A stretch of 64,000 nucleotides of DNA from an uncultured Clostridia bacterium (GCA_944376845.1 CALWDZ010000003.1:59758-123757); one strand, 5' to 3'; shown: positions 9,170 through 18,946, counted from the first letter of the stretch. The notes: generated from the sequence alone by a model not told the origin. Translations and numbers: made by a program.

Positions 9170-10418
9170 CATTGTTTTCTACATTCTTTTAGCCATTTCT
9201 TTTGTGCTACTTTTACAAAAGATTATTTACCATATAGTTGGATTATTTCCAGCGAAAAAATTTAAAGACGCAAAGAAAAATCATAAGTTTGCTATTTTAA
9301 TCCCTGCTCGCAATGAAAGTAAGGTTATTGAGCAGTTACTAATTTCCATTGAAGAGCAAAATTATGATCATGACCTTATTAAAACGTATGTAATAGTTGA
9401 AAGTGAAGATGACCCTACATGTGATATTGCCAAAAGATACAAAAATACAGAGATTTTTGTAAGACAGCATTTGGAAAATAAAGGTAAGGGTTACGCTTTG
9501 GACGAAGCCGTAACGCACATTTTTAATAGCGGTGAAGAATTTGACGCATTTTTTATATTTGATGCAGATAATATTTTAGACAAAAACTATGTGAGTGAGA
9601 TGAACAAAGCATTTGACGAAGGTTATGAAATAGCACTCGGCTATCGCAATAGCAAAAATTGGAATGACGGTTGGGTAGCAAGTGCTAGTGCATTAACATT
9701 TTCTATGGTAAATACATTTCAAAATAAATGTAGGTCACGCTTTACTAAAAATGTGATTATTAGTGGCACTGGTTTTTATGTTTCTGCAAATATTTTAAAA
9801 AAACTTGGTGGCTGGAAATTTTTTGAACTTACTGAAGATTATGAACTTTCACTTTATGCAACTATAAACAATGTAAAAGCAACTTATAATGAATATGCTG
9901 AGTTTTATGACGAGCAACCAACAAAACTAAAAGTTTCTTGGACTCAGCGTTTAAGGTGGGTGAAAGGCTTTTCAAATGTTACAAAAAAATATAAGAAAAA
10001 ACTGGTGAAAAGTTTTGTTGTAGATAAAAACAATAGGCTTTGTAAATTCGAATATATTATGAGTATATTGCCAGTTGTAAGCATTTTGGCGACATCGCTA
10101 CTTTATACTGCATTTACGTTAATACTTGGAATTGTTGGCTCAATACTAGGTGACCCTGTTTGCGTTTCTGTGTATACCGCTTGTATCATATCGGCGCTTG
10201 TCATATACTTTTTCTTTGTAATTTATGCATTTGTTATGTTCTTATCGGAGCGAAAACATATAAATATAAAGTTATGGAATAAAATTGTCTGCTGTTTTAT
10301 GTTTCCACTTTATATGGCATTATATATTCCAATTTATATTCAATCGATTTTCAAAAAAGAGGTAGAATGGAAACCCATTGAACACAAGGTAAAAATGGAA
10401 AAACCTAAAAATAATTGA
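9141..10418 (+). CDS. processive family-2 beta-glycosyltransferase (cellulose/chitin/PNAG-synthase-like) with C-terminal TM helices
   Basis: ILIPARNES, FIFDADN, LTEDYEL and QRLRW form the D,D,D,QxxRW signature of processive GT2 enzymes. Confidence 0.75.
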   Translation: MYYQIFHIGNIVFYILLAISFVLLLQKIIYHIVGLFPAKKFKDAKKNHKFAILIPARNESKVIEQLLISIEEQNYDHDLIKTYVIVESEDDPTCDIAKRYKNTEIFVRQHLENKGKGYALDEAVTHIFNSGEEFDAFFIFDADNILDKNYVSEMNKAFDEGYEIALGYRNSKNWNDGWVASASALTFSMVNTFQNKCRSRFTKNVIISGTGFYVSANILKKLGGWKFFELTEDYELSLYATINNVKATYNEYAEFYDEQPTKLKVSWTQRLRWVKGFSNVTKKYKKKLVKSFVVDKNNRLCKFEYIMSILPVVSILATSLLYTAFTLILGIVGSILGDPVCVSVYTACIISALVIYFFFVIYAFVMFLSERKHINIKLWNKIVCCFMFPLYMALYIPIYIQSIFKKEVEWKPIEHKVKMEKPKNN

Positions 10419-10469
10419 CAACATTTATTCATTAAAATACAATTTAAAATAAGGTAAGTATGGTAAACT

Positions 10470-11120
10470 ATGGAAAAAGTTGAAAAAATTTTAAAATATT
10501 ATTTGCTAACTCATAAATTAAAAGAAACAGTTCGCAGTGGTTGGAAATATTGGAACGTCAAGGCAAAACGCCTTGAAAGTGTTGCAGAACATATCTATGG
10601 TACTTGTATGCTTGCAATTGCAATTTGGTCTGAAACATTACCACCTGTCAACCTATCTGAAGTTTTGATGACGCTCGCCGTTCATGAAACTGAAGAAATT
10701 ATTATAGGTGACTTAACGCCTTTTGATGCTGGATATAAAGATAAAAAAACAAAAGGTGAACAGGCGGTTAAACAAATTTTTTCTGGACTTATGGCAGAAG
10801 AAGTATTTGTAACCTTGATTAAAAATTTTGATAAAAAGTCAACTCCTGAAGCACAATTTGCATATAAGGTTGACAAACTTGAATGCGATATTCAAGCTAA
10901 GATATACGATGAACAAAATGCATTAAAACTTGAGAATGCTGATGAAAAGATAAAAAAAGATGTTAGAATTAAAAAATTGTTAGAAAAAGGCGTAAAAGAA
11001 CCGCATAAATTTTTTGTGTATTTCGATAGACAGGCACTACAAAAAAATTCTGCACAAGATGACGATATTTTTATGGAAATTAGTAAATACATTGAAAAAC
11101 ATCGTTTGCCAAAGGTGTAA
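10470..11120 (+). CDS. HD-domain phosphohydrolase (YfbR-like 5'-nucleotidase family)
   Basis: ESVAEHIYG ... AVHETEEIIIGDLTPFD matches the H..HD..D metal motif pattern. Confidence 0.7.
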   Translation: MEKVEKILKYYLLTHKLKETVRSGWKYWNVKAKRLESVAEHIYGTCMLAIAIWSETLPPVNLSEVLMTLAVHETEEIIIGDLTPFDAGYKDKKTKGEQAVKQIFSGLMAEEVFVTLIKNFDKKSTPEAQFAYKVDKLECDIQAKIYDEQNALKLENADEKIKKDVRIKKLLEKGVKEPHKFFVYFDRQALQKNSAQDDDIFMEISKYIEKHRLPKV

Positions 11121-11215
11121 AATTTATTGACAATTTATATTAGATATGATACTATATTCTCCGTGAGTTTTTATAAGAAATGTTTAAAATGCTCACAGTG
11201 CCAATCAAGCAATAT

Positions 11216-11257
11216 GCGCCCATAGCTCAATTGGATAGAGCGTTGGTCTACGGAACC
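11216..11257 (+). pseudogene. orphan 5' half of tRNA-Arg(ACG) (acceptor 5' strand through anticodon loop)
   Basis: 42 nt identical to 11422-11463 of the intact gene, plus 5 identical upstream nt. No matching 3' half follows. Confidence 0.85.
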
Positions 11258-11421
11258 TGCTTGGCTTATGTACCTATATGCTCACTTTGCTGGTGGCAAA
11301 GTATCGCTCTAAGGCACAAAGCCTGCGCTTCCCCAAAAAGTTTACAAGTAATACTTTTTGGGGGCCCCGAACAGAAACCTTTGGTTCCTAATTTGGTTAA
11401 CAAAGGCACACAATTTAATAT

Positions 11422-11498
11422 GCGCCCATAGCTCAATTGGATAGAGCGTTGGTCTACGGAACCAAAGGTTGGGGATTCGAGCTCCTCTGGGCGCACCA
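11422..11498 (+). tRNA. tRNA-Arg (anticodon ACG), CCA encoded
   Basis: Manual cloverleaf: acceptor GCGCCCA/TGGGCGC, D arm GCTC..GAGC, anticodon stem TTGGT/ACCAA with loop CTACGGA, T arm GGGGA-TTCGAGC-TCCTC. Confidence 0.9.
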
Positions 11499-11503
11499 GA
11501 AAA

Positions 11504-11534
11504 TAAAAAAATATCACGTGTGTGATATTTTTTT
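11504..11534. terminator. bidirectional intrinsic terminator
   Basis: ATATCAC-GTGT-GTGATAT hairpin flanked by A-run and T-run. Lies between the tRNA-Arg gene and the convergent GT2 gene. Confidence 0.7.
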
Positions 11535-12483
11535 AATAATTGAACATTTGCATTAGTTTATAGGCAACGCCACCATATTTTCTAAAAGAGTGAAAGTTCT
11601 TTTTATTTTTCTTAAAATCTTTATATGTTGATTTTAAAGTATTGTTTATATCATTTAAAATTTCTTCATTTTTATATTTATTTATATGCATAAGATATCG
11701 CATTTCAATATTTACCAAAAATTGCCATGCTTTTGCATAAGAAGCATATTTCACATCGATTTTTTCTGCTAGAGAAACAAGTTCTTTCATGCCATAAAGA
11801 CAAGTAAGTTTTCTTTCTGATAAATTTTTTGCTGAATTACTGTTTGGATTTACAACATACATATATGTTTTTATAGGTAAGTAATAAAATGTTTGGCAAT
11901 TCATAACATATTTGAATAAAAAGTTTAGGTCATCAAAATAATAGCAGTTTTCATCAAATCTAACATCTTTTAATATTGATTTTTTAAAGAGTTTATTCCA
12001 AACAACTCCACCTCCATATGTTGGGAAAGCTAAAATTCCTTTAACAAATTCGTCTTTTTCAACATATTTTCCATTTACAGAAAGTTGTTTAATTGTATTT
12101 TCTTTATACTTTTCTTTTGGCTTTGTTCTTAAAAAATCTACAATGCCCATATCTCCTTTTGAAGCGGCTTTAACAAGACATTCAATGTGAGCGGGCAGCA
12201 TATAGTCATCTGGGTCAATAAAAGTAAAATACTCGCCACTAGCATTTTCAATTCCCATATTTCGAGCAGTGGAGCATCCGCCATTTTGTTTATCAAAAAC
12301 TCTTATTCTATTGTCAGTTTTAGCAAGTTCTTGGCATATTTGAAGGCTATTATCTTTTGAACCATCATTTATAATAAGCAATTCAAAATTTTTGTATGTT
12401 TGATTTAAAATACTTTGTACACATTTGTTTAAAAATTTTTCTGCATTGTATACAGGTAAAATTATTGAAACTAAATCTTCCAT
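11533..12483 (-). CDS. family-2 glycosyltransferase
   Basis: VSIILPVYNAEKFLNKCVQSILNQTY...LIINDGSKD and a DPDD motif. Confidence 0.8.
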   Translation of the reverse strand: MEDLVSIILPVYNAEKFLNKCVQSILNQTYKNFELLIINDGSKDNSLQICQELAKTDNRIRVFDKQNGGCSTARNMGIENASGEYFTFIDPDDYMLPAHIECLVKAASKGDMGIVDFLRTKPKEKYKENTIKQLSVNGKYVEKDEFVKGILAFPTYGGGVVWNKLFKKSILKDVRFDENCYYFDDLNFLFKYVMNCQTFYYLPIKTYMYVVNPNSNSAKNLSERKLTCLYGMKELVSLAEKIDVKYASYAKAWQFLVNIEMRYLMHINKYKNEEILNDINNTLKSTYKDFKKNKKNFHSFRKYGGVAYKLMQMFNY

Positions 12484-12498
12484 TTTTTCTCCTTTGTT

Positions 12499-13647
12499 TT
12501 ATTTTTTATAAAGTAAATCACCAATATCTTTCGCCGCATTTGGACGTCTTAATATTTCTATATTTTTTCTTATTTTCTCAAGTCTTGCTGTATTTTGAAA
12601 AAACCTATCAACAACAGCATAAGCCTGATTATCTTTTTCTATGTAATCACAGGCATCTCGTTGTTTCAAAAATAACATGTTATCATATTCTTGAAAAGGA
12701 AGCGCTTTGTTTGCAATGATGGGTAGGTGTTTATTAAAAGCCTCTGCAATAGCCACTCCACCAATTTTACCGATGAGAACATCAGAGGCACTCATCATTA
12801 CATCGACATTGTCTACAAAGCCATAAATAAATATTTCTTTTTTGATTTTTCTTTTCTTTTTCAGTTTTTCAAGTTTTGTTTTGAGTTTGGTGTTCCTTGC
12901 ACATACGCATAAAATTTGAAAATCACTTTTGCATTTGTTCAGGTTCATAATGGTTTTAGCAATATTGCCAAAACCGACGCCACCACTCATAATCATAATT
13001 GTGTTTTTATTTTCATCAATTCCAAGTTGTTTTCTTGCTTCAATTTTGTTTATTTGTTGTGAAAATTTTGTTTGAACAGGTATTCCTAAACTTATTCTTT
13101 TTGAAATATCAAAGCCTTTTTTTAAAAGCACATCATCAAAGTCGTCGGTTGGGGTAATTATGTAATCAACTTTGGTCAATAGTTCAGTGTATGGTGCAAC
13201 ATCATAATCAGAAACTACGGTAACTATTTTTGCTTTTAAAGCATTTTCATTGCCTTCATTTCTTAAATCGGTCATAATGATTCCCGCAAATGTATGTGCA
13301 CAGAATATTGCGTCAGGTTTAAAATCATTTATGACTTCTTCAATATAGGGTTTTGCTGGTGTTATGAAATTTTTTCTTAAAGAAGGTGCTTTTTTGTGAA
13401 TATCTCTATTTTTTAATTTTTCATAACTATGATTTGCAAGTCGAAGGGCATATTTTACTAAAGTAAAGTATCCGTCATTTACCATCCAATTTGCTTTCTT
13501 TTTCTTTTTGCTTTGATTGCCATCTTTAAATAAATCTATTTGTTTAATTTCAACATCATTATAAGTCTGCTGGATATATTTTGAGATTGCTAAACTCATT
13601 GAGTTATGACCTTGTCCGGCTGAAACGGTCAATATAAGTATTTTCAT
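12499..13647 (-). CDS. ugtP: MGDG-synthase/UgtP-like diacylglycerol glycosyltransferase (GT28)
   Basis: MKILILTVSAGQGHNSMSLAI N-terminus and C-terminal GKIGGVAIAEA region are typical of UgtP/MGDG synthase. Confidence 0.65.
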   Translation of the reverse strand: MKILILTVSAGQGHNSMSLAISKYIQQTYNDVEIKQIDLFKDGNQSKKKKKANWMVNDGYFTLVKYALRLANHSYEKLKNRDIHKKAPSLRKNFITPAKPYIEEVINDFKPDAIFCAHTFAGIIMTDLRNEGNENALKAKIVTVVSDYDVAPYTELLTKVDYIITPTDDFDDVLLKKGFDISKRISLGIPVQTKFSQQINKIEARKQLGIDENKNTIMIMSGGVGFGNIAKTIMNLNKCKSDFQILCVCARNTKLKTKLEKLKKKRKIKKEIFIYGFVDNVDVMMSASDVLIGKIGGVAIAEAFNKHLPIIANKALPFQEYDNMLFLKQRDACDYIEKDNQAYAVVDRFFQNTARLEKIRKNIEILRRPNAAKDIGDLLYKK

Positions 13648-13780
13648 TTGTACTCCTATTGTTTATTATATATGAAAAACAACAGTGAGTCAATATATAT
13701 TTACATTTAAAAATGTTTACAAAAAAGTATAATTTAGTTTAAAATTATATTTAAAATATTGCATTTTTTTGGAGTTTTTT

Positions 13781-14141
13781 ATGAATAAATTATGTTTTGA
13801 ATCTGTTTCTGATAAAAATAGTAAGGTGTTGATTTTGGGCAGTTTTCCTAGTGAAAAAAAGTTTAAAAGAAGGCTTTTATTATGGAAACAAAAGTAATAG
13901 ATTTTGGAAAATATTATTTGAATATTTTGATGAAAAATTAGTTGACGACATACAAAGCAAAAAGAAATTTCTACTTACTCATAAAATTGCACTTTGGGAT
14001 ATTGTCAAAACTACAAATTTAAAAGGCTCGAGTGATTTAAAACTTCAAAACCGGATAATTGAAATAAATGATATTTCATCATTTTTACAAACACATCAAA
14101 ATATAAAAGCAAATGTGTCCTTTTCTAAACATATGGTTTGA
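13781..14141 (+). pseudogene. family-6 uracil/hypoxanthine-DNA glycosylase (DNA-deoxyinosine glycosylase), frameshifted and 3'-truncated
   Basis: The ATG at 13781 gives ...VLILGSFPSEK, then a stop. The next frame continues SLKEGFYYGNKSNRFWKIL...ALWDIV...GSSD. The shift is at the A7 run 13856-13862. The expected C-terminal ~50 aa are absent. Confidence 0.7.
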
Positions 14142-14259
14142 AAATCTTGATAGAGTTTTTAAGTAATAATGGTCATTTTGAGATTTTATATCATATATAT
14201 TTATAATTTTTATTGAAATGTGAAAATGTATGTGTTACAATTACATTTAGGGAATAAAA

Positions 14260-16242
14260 ATGAAAAAGACGAAAGAAATAGATGGATATAGGGCTATTTT
14301 GCCACTACTTTTTATAGTTTTTGCCATAATCTTTGAAATGGCAAACTTTTTGTATTTAGGTTTTACTGATTCTAGTGGGCACTTAATGGTGTTTCCTTCT
14401 TATTTTTTATTTGACCTTGGCATTATAATTATAATTGCTGGAGTGATTTATCTTGTCACAAACAAAGTGGCTATGAATGTTTTATACTATTTCTTTTTAT
14501 CAATACAATTTATTTTAAATGTTGTAAACTCAACGCTTTATGCTATTTTTGGCGATATATTATCTTTTGACTCTTTATTTTTAGGTGCTGAGGCCACTTC
14601 GGCATTGACGGTGGAGCTTATTGATTGGATAGGGGTGCTTATCAATGTTCTTTTATTTGCTGCAATGATAACATTGACCATACTTTTTCAAAAAAAGTGT
14701 AAACTTGTATTTAAATATCAAAAATTTTCAAAAACAGCATTTATTATGGCTTCATTTTTGCTTTTTCAAACTGTTGGGTTTACTTTGGTTGCACTAGAAA
14801 GACAATCACTTCAACCAGCAGTTTCTGCTGAAAATGAAATTGAAACAAGTGACGAATATCTTTGGGACCATTTTCAATTTAAACTTGATGCATTTAAAAA
14901 ATTTGGACATTATGGTTTTTATACAAAAAGTTTTTTAAATTACATTTTTAGTGATCCTATTGAAGAAACTGAATATAAAAATTACATAGATGAAGGTCAC
15001 AGGTCGGGAAACAATTTGGCACCTCTTTATGGTGACAATTTGGTTGTTATTCTTTGTGAGAGTTTGGATTGGTTTGCAATAGACCCTTACAATACTCCAA
15101 CTCTTTATAGATTGGCGGGCGGAGATGATACAATTGTATTTAACCAGTTTTATGGAAGAAATAGAACAAATATAAGTGAAGCACTTACACTTATGGGGTT
15201 CACATCTAAAAATTATATGTTAACTACACCTACAAATAGTGGTTACAATTTTACATATTCACTTCCAAATTTATTTAAATCTGCAAGCCAAGATGACAAT
15301 GTTACAACATCATATTTCCATGGTAACGATAAAGGTTTTTATAGCAGAAATGATACACATGGTCAAAATGGAGTTGGATTCGACAATCTCTATTTTGTAG
15401 ATTCATATACGGGAGTACAGCAATTTGGTGGGTTTTATCACTGGATATCTGATTTGGAATTCACATCAAACCTTATGGATGAGTTTTTGCCAACCGATAG
15501 ACAGTTTCTGACTTACTATGCGACTATTACAACTCACGGTCCATATGACTATGAGCAAAATTACCTAGATGATTGTTATCAAACATATTATGATAATTTC
15601 GATAAGTTCAAAACTTGGTTTATTGAGAATACCAATTTTATATTCCCAGAAGATGAAGAAACATTAGAACTTTTTAGACATTACAAATCAGCGATGATTG
15701 ACCTTGATAGAACAGTTGAAAATATAATCAACCAACTTGACGAAAGGGGACTTACTGATAACACATCAATACTTTTATTTGCAGACCATAACTCATATTA
15801 TTCCAATCTGTGCTATAGAATTAAAGGAGTAGAGAAAACAGAATTTTCAAACACATATGTAAATAATATTCCAATGTTTTTGTATAGCCCAAAATTGTTT
15901 GACCTTTATGGAGATGACTTTGACAAAGTAGAAAACACCTATTGTAACACCTATGATATTTTGCCAACAATATGCGACCTTTACGGACTTGCATCAAATG
16001 ACAATTTGTTCCAAGGTTATTCTGTGTTTAGTGATGAGATTGATAATTCGTTATTCGTATCTAATTTAGGCGGAATGTTTACCGATGATATTTTTAGTTT
16101 TAATATTTCGGATGTATATTTGGTTAACGATAATGTTAGTGAACTAGAAATTGAAAAATTTAAATATAACGCAAATAAATATTGGAAAAAACAAGAATAT
16201 ATAGAAGTTATATTAAAAAATGGAATAAACGGGTCATATTAA
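14260..16242 (+). CDS. LTA synthase family protein (N-terminal 5-TM domain plus extracellular sulfatase-type domain)
   Basis: Architecture and size (660 aa). Sulfatase-fold region with LCESLDW and FADHNSY motifs. Confidence 0.7.
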   Translation: MKKTKEIDGYRAILPLLFIVFAIIFEMANFLYLGFTDSSGHLMVFPSYFLFDLGIIIIIAGVIYLVTNKVAMNVLYYFFLSIQFILNVVNSTLYAIFGDILSFDSLFLGAEATSALTVELIDWIGVLINVLLFAAMITLTILFQKKCKLVFKYQKFSKTAFIMASFLLFQTVGFTLVALERQSLQPAVSAENEIETSDEYLWDHFQFKLDAFKKFGHYGFYTKSFLNYIFSDPIEETEYKNYIDEGHRSGNNLAPLYGDNLVVILCESLDWFAIDPYNTPTLYRLAGGDDTIVFNQFYGRNRTNISEALTLMGFTSKNYMLTTPTNSGYNFTYSLPNLFKSASQDDNVTTSYFHGNDKGFYSRNDTHGQNGVGFDNLYFVDSYTGVQQFGGFYHWISDLEFTSNLMDEFLPTDRQFLTYYATITTHGPYDYEQNYLDDCYQTYYDNFDKFKTWFIENTNFIFPEDEETLELFRHYKSAMIDLDRTVENIINQLDERGLTDNTSILLFADHNSYYSNLCYRIKGVEKTEFSNTYVNNIPMFLYSPKLFDLYGDDFDKVENTYCNTYDILPTICDLYGLASNDNLFQGYSVFSDEIDNSLFVSNLGGMFTDDIFSFNISDVYLVNDNVSELEIEKFKYNANKYWKKQEYIEVILKNGINGSY

Positions 16243-16253
16243 AAAACCAAGAC

Positions 16254-18179
16254 TTAACTCTTGGTTTTCTTTATTTTATTTACACGCATTGCATTTAATA
16301 TTGCGAGCACTGCTACTCCCACATCACCAAATACCGCAAACCACATATTTGTTATTCCAACTGCGGAAAGAGCAAGTATTGCAATTTTTATAGCAATAGA
16401 GAAAACTATATTTTGTTTTACAATCTTAAGTGTTTTTTTAGCAATTTTTTTGGCTAAAATTATACCATTTAAATCATCTTTCATTAAAACAATGTCCGCT
16501 GCTTCAATGGCGGCATCGCTACCAACATTTCCCATAGCAATTCCAATATCAGAACGCATAAGAGAAGGAGCGTCATTTATTCCATCGCCTACGAAACAAA
16601 CAATGTCTTTTTGTTGTTTTGTATTCATAATATTTTCTATTTCATCAACCTTATCTTGTGGGAGAAGCGATGCCTTATAATCACTTATACCAATACCTTT
16701 TGCCACTTTTTCCGCTACATTTTTATTATCTCCGGTTAACATTATTGTTTTACAACCGTAACTATTTAACTTACTTATTACATCTTTTGTTTCGTCTTTA
16801 ATTTGGTCAGAAATTAGAATATATCCAATAAACGTATCATTTTTCGCAACATAAACAACTGTTCCTGTTCCATCTTGATGTGGATACTCTATTTTATTTT
16901 CTTGCATAAGTTCAGCATTACCGCAATATATTGTTTCGTGACTATTAGATGCTATTACACCTTTGCCACCAATATTGGTTAAAGTATAGCCACTTGGAAT
17001 TGGTTTGTTATAATAATTTAAAATGCATTTTGCAATCGGATGACTAGATGCATTTTCAGCAATTGAGGCAAGTTTTAAAATCTCTTCGCCATTTTCTTTT
17101 GGAAAAACTTTAGTTACAGTGAAATTGCCTTTTGTTAAAGTCCCAGTTTTATCAAAAATATATATGTTCGCACTGTTTAATTTTTCAAGATAATTTGACC
17201 CTTTTATAAGAATTCCGTTTTTGGAGGATGTTCCGATGCCAGCAAAAAATGATAATGGAATAGATATAACCAAAGCACAAGGGCAGGAGACAACAAGGAA
17301 ACTTAAAGCACGATAAATCCAAGTAAACCAGTTTGATGTTATCAAAGATGGCACTATGGCAAGTAAAACTGCAACAGATACAACAATTGGAGTATAATAC
17401 TTTGCAAATTTTGTTATAAAGTTTTCTGCTTTTGATTTTTGTGAAGCGGCATTTTCAACAAGTTCTAAAATTTTATTGACTGTGCTGTCGTAGAAAATTT
17501 TAGTAACTTTCACTTCAATTTGTGACTGAATATTTACACAACCGCTTAAAATCTCATCGCCATCTTTAACTTCTTTTGGAAAAGATTCTCCAGTTAGTGC
17601 TTTTGTATCAAGGGTGGTTGTACCTTTAATCACTATTCCATCCAGTGGTATTTTTTCACCGGGATTTATGACAATAATATCACCGATTTTTATAATACTA
17701 GGGTCAACTTTGTCAATATTTTCGCCAACTTTCAAGTTGGCATAGTCTGGGCGTATGTCCATAAGTTTTGATATTGATTTTCTCGACTTATTTGTGGCAT
17801 AACTTTGAAAAAATTCTCCCACTTGATAAAAAATCAACACCGCACATGCTTCATCAAAACCTTCTATTTCTTGTCCCATAACACCTTTGGTTATAGCAAG
17901 TGCAAAAGCACCTAAGGTTGCAAAAACCATTAAAAAATTTTCATCAAAAATTTTCCCATGGAAAATATTTCTTGTTGCTCTAAAAATTATATCATAACCA
18001 ATAATAATATACACCAAAAGATATAAACAAAAGGGTAGGAGCCACGAGAAGTTGCCAGTCAGTATATTGCCAAGCACAAAAATTTTATCCAAAGTAAAGA
18101 TTATGATAAATAAAGTAAGGGCTACTATTATTCTTATTAAATTTCTTTTTTCTTTTCTGGTGAGTGATTTTTCTTTCAT
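16254..18179 (-). CDS. heavy-metal-translocating P1B-type ATPase
   Basis: SCPCALVISIP (CPC), DKTGTLT phosphorylation site, TGES, GDGINDAP. Start taken at MKEKS, which is preceded by AGGAGA. Confidence 0.9.
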   Translation of the reverse strand: MKEKSLTRKEKRNLIRIIVALTLFIIIFTLDKIFVLGNILTGNFSWLLPFCLYLLVYIIIGYDIIFRATRNIFHGKIFDENFLMVFATLGAFALAITKGVMGQEIEGFDEACAVLIFYQVGEFFQSYATNKSRKSISKLMDIRPDYANLKVGENIDKVDPSIIKIGDIIVINPGEKIPLDGIVIKGTTTLDTKALTGESFPKEVKDGDEILSGCVNIQSQIEVKVTKIFYDSTVNKILELVENAASQKSKAENFITKFAKYYTPIVVSVAVLLAIVPSLITSNWFTWIYRALSFLVVSCPCALVISIPLSFFAGIGTSSKNGILIKGSNYLEKLNSANIYIFDKTGTLTKGNFTVTKVFPKENGEEILKLASIAENASSHPIAKCILNYYNKPIPSGYTLTNIGGKGVIASNSHETIYCGNAELMQENKIEYPHQDGTGTVVYVAKNDTFIGYILISDQIKDETKDVISKLNSYGCKTIMLTGDNKNVAEKVAKGIGISDYKASLLPQDKVDEIENIMNTKQQKDIVCFVGDGINDAPSLMRSDIGIAMGNVGSDAAIEAADIVLMKDDLNGIILAKKIAKKTLKIVKQNIVFSIAIKIAILALSAVGITNMWFAVFGDVGVAVLAILNAMRVNKIKKTKS

Positions 18180-18187
18180 TTTTTCTC

Positions 18188-18406
18188 CTACAAAATTACT
18201 TTGCAATCAGGTTCAATGTGCTTACAGGTTTTAACTACCTTTTTTATAATTTCATCAAATTTTTTTTCATCCGCTTCAAGCGTTAAACGTTGTGTAATAA
18301 AACTCACGCTGGCGAATTCAACACCTTCAATCTTTTTTATGGCATTTTCCATTTTGTTTGCACAGTTTACACAATCTAAATCTTCTAAAACAAAAATCTT
18401 TCTCAT
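18188..18406 (-). CDS. heavy-metal-associated (HMA) domain metallochaperone-like protein
   Basis: 72-aa product with a CVNC (CxxC) motif in a ferredoxin-like HMA pattern. RBS GGAGG precedes the ATG at 18406. Confidence 0.8.
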   Translation of the reverse strand: MRKIFVLEDLDCVNCANKMENAIKKIEGVEFASVSFITQRLTLEADEKKFDEIIKKVVKTCKHIEPDCKVIL

Positions 18407-18451
18407 AATTCCTCCAAGTATTATTATATTCAAATCTTAAATAATTGTTTC

Positions 18452-18469
18452 TTTGAACAAATATTCAAA
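18452..18469. promoter_or_regulatory. candidate ArsR/SmtB operator TTTGAACAAATATTCAAA
   Basis: Imperfect palindrome TTTGAA-N6-TTCAAA between arsR and the HMA/ATPase genes. Confidence 0.5.
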
Positions 18470-18497
18470 TGTTATTTAAAAAACAAAAGGAAATTTT

Positions 18498-18809
18498 TTA
18501 TTTTTCTAATATGTGGCTTAAACCCATTTCCATAATTTTTGTAACATGGTCGTCATCAAGAGAATATTTGACTTCTTTGCCTTCTTTTACGCCTTTGACA
18601 AGTTTTGCCGAGCGTAAAATTCTCAGTTGGTGAGAAACGGCAGAAATTGTCATAGAAAGTTTATCGGCAATTTCTGAAACATACATTTCAGATACCTGTA
18701 GACATGCCAAAATTTTAACTCGTGATGAATCACCAAACATTTTAAATAGTTCAGCAAGTTCACACAATGCGTCTTCATTGGGTAATTCATTTTTAATTTT
18801 GTTTTCCAT
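18498..18809 (-). CDS. ArsR/SmtB family metalloregulator
   Basis: ELFKMFGDSSRVKILACL...VSEIADKLSMTISAVSHQLRILR winged-helix signature. Confidence 0.85.
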   Translation of the reverse strand: MENKIKNELPNEDALCELAELFKMFGDSSRVKILACLQVSEMYVSEIADKLSMTISAVSHQLRILRSAKLVKGVKEGKEVKYSLDDDHVTKIMEMGLSHILEK

Positions 18810-18823
18810 AACCTCTCACAATA

Positions 18824-18841
18824 TTTGAATGTTTTTTCAAA
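18824..18841. promoter_or_regulatory. second TTTGAA-N6-TTCAAA palindrome upstream of arsR
   Basis: TTTGAATGTTTTTTCAAA lies 15 nt upstream of the arsR start codon. Confidence 0.45.
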
Positions 18842-18946
18842 TGTTCAAATGTATTATATGTATTTAAAATTTCTTTGTCAACTTTTTTAAAGAAATATTT
18901 ATTTAAGCAAAATAATATGATATATTAAGAAAGTCAAATTAGTGAA

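Noticed and set aside
11216-11498. Intron-containing or split tRNA-Arg (5' half, then ~160 nt, then the rest).
   Set aside because: The downstream gene is a complete uninterrupted tRNA with its own 5' half. The break point lies in the anticodon stem rather than the loop, and the spacer is too small for a group I intron.
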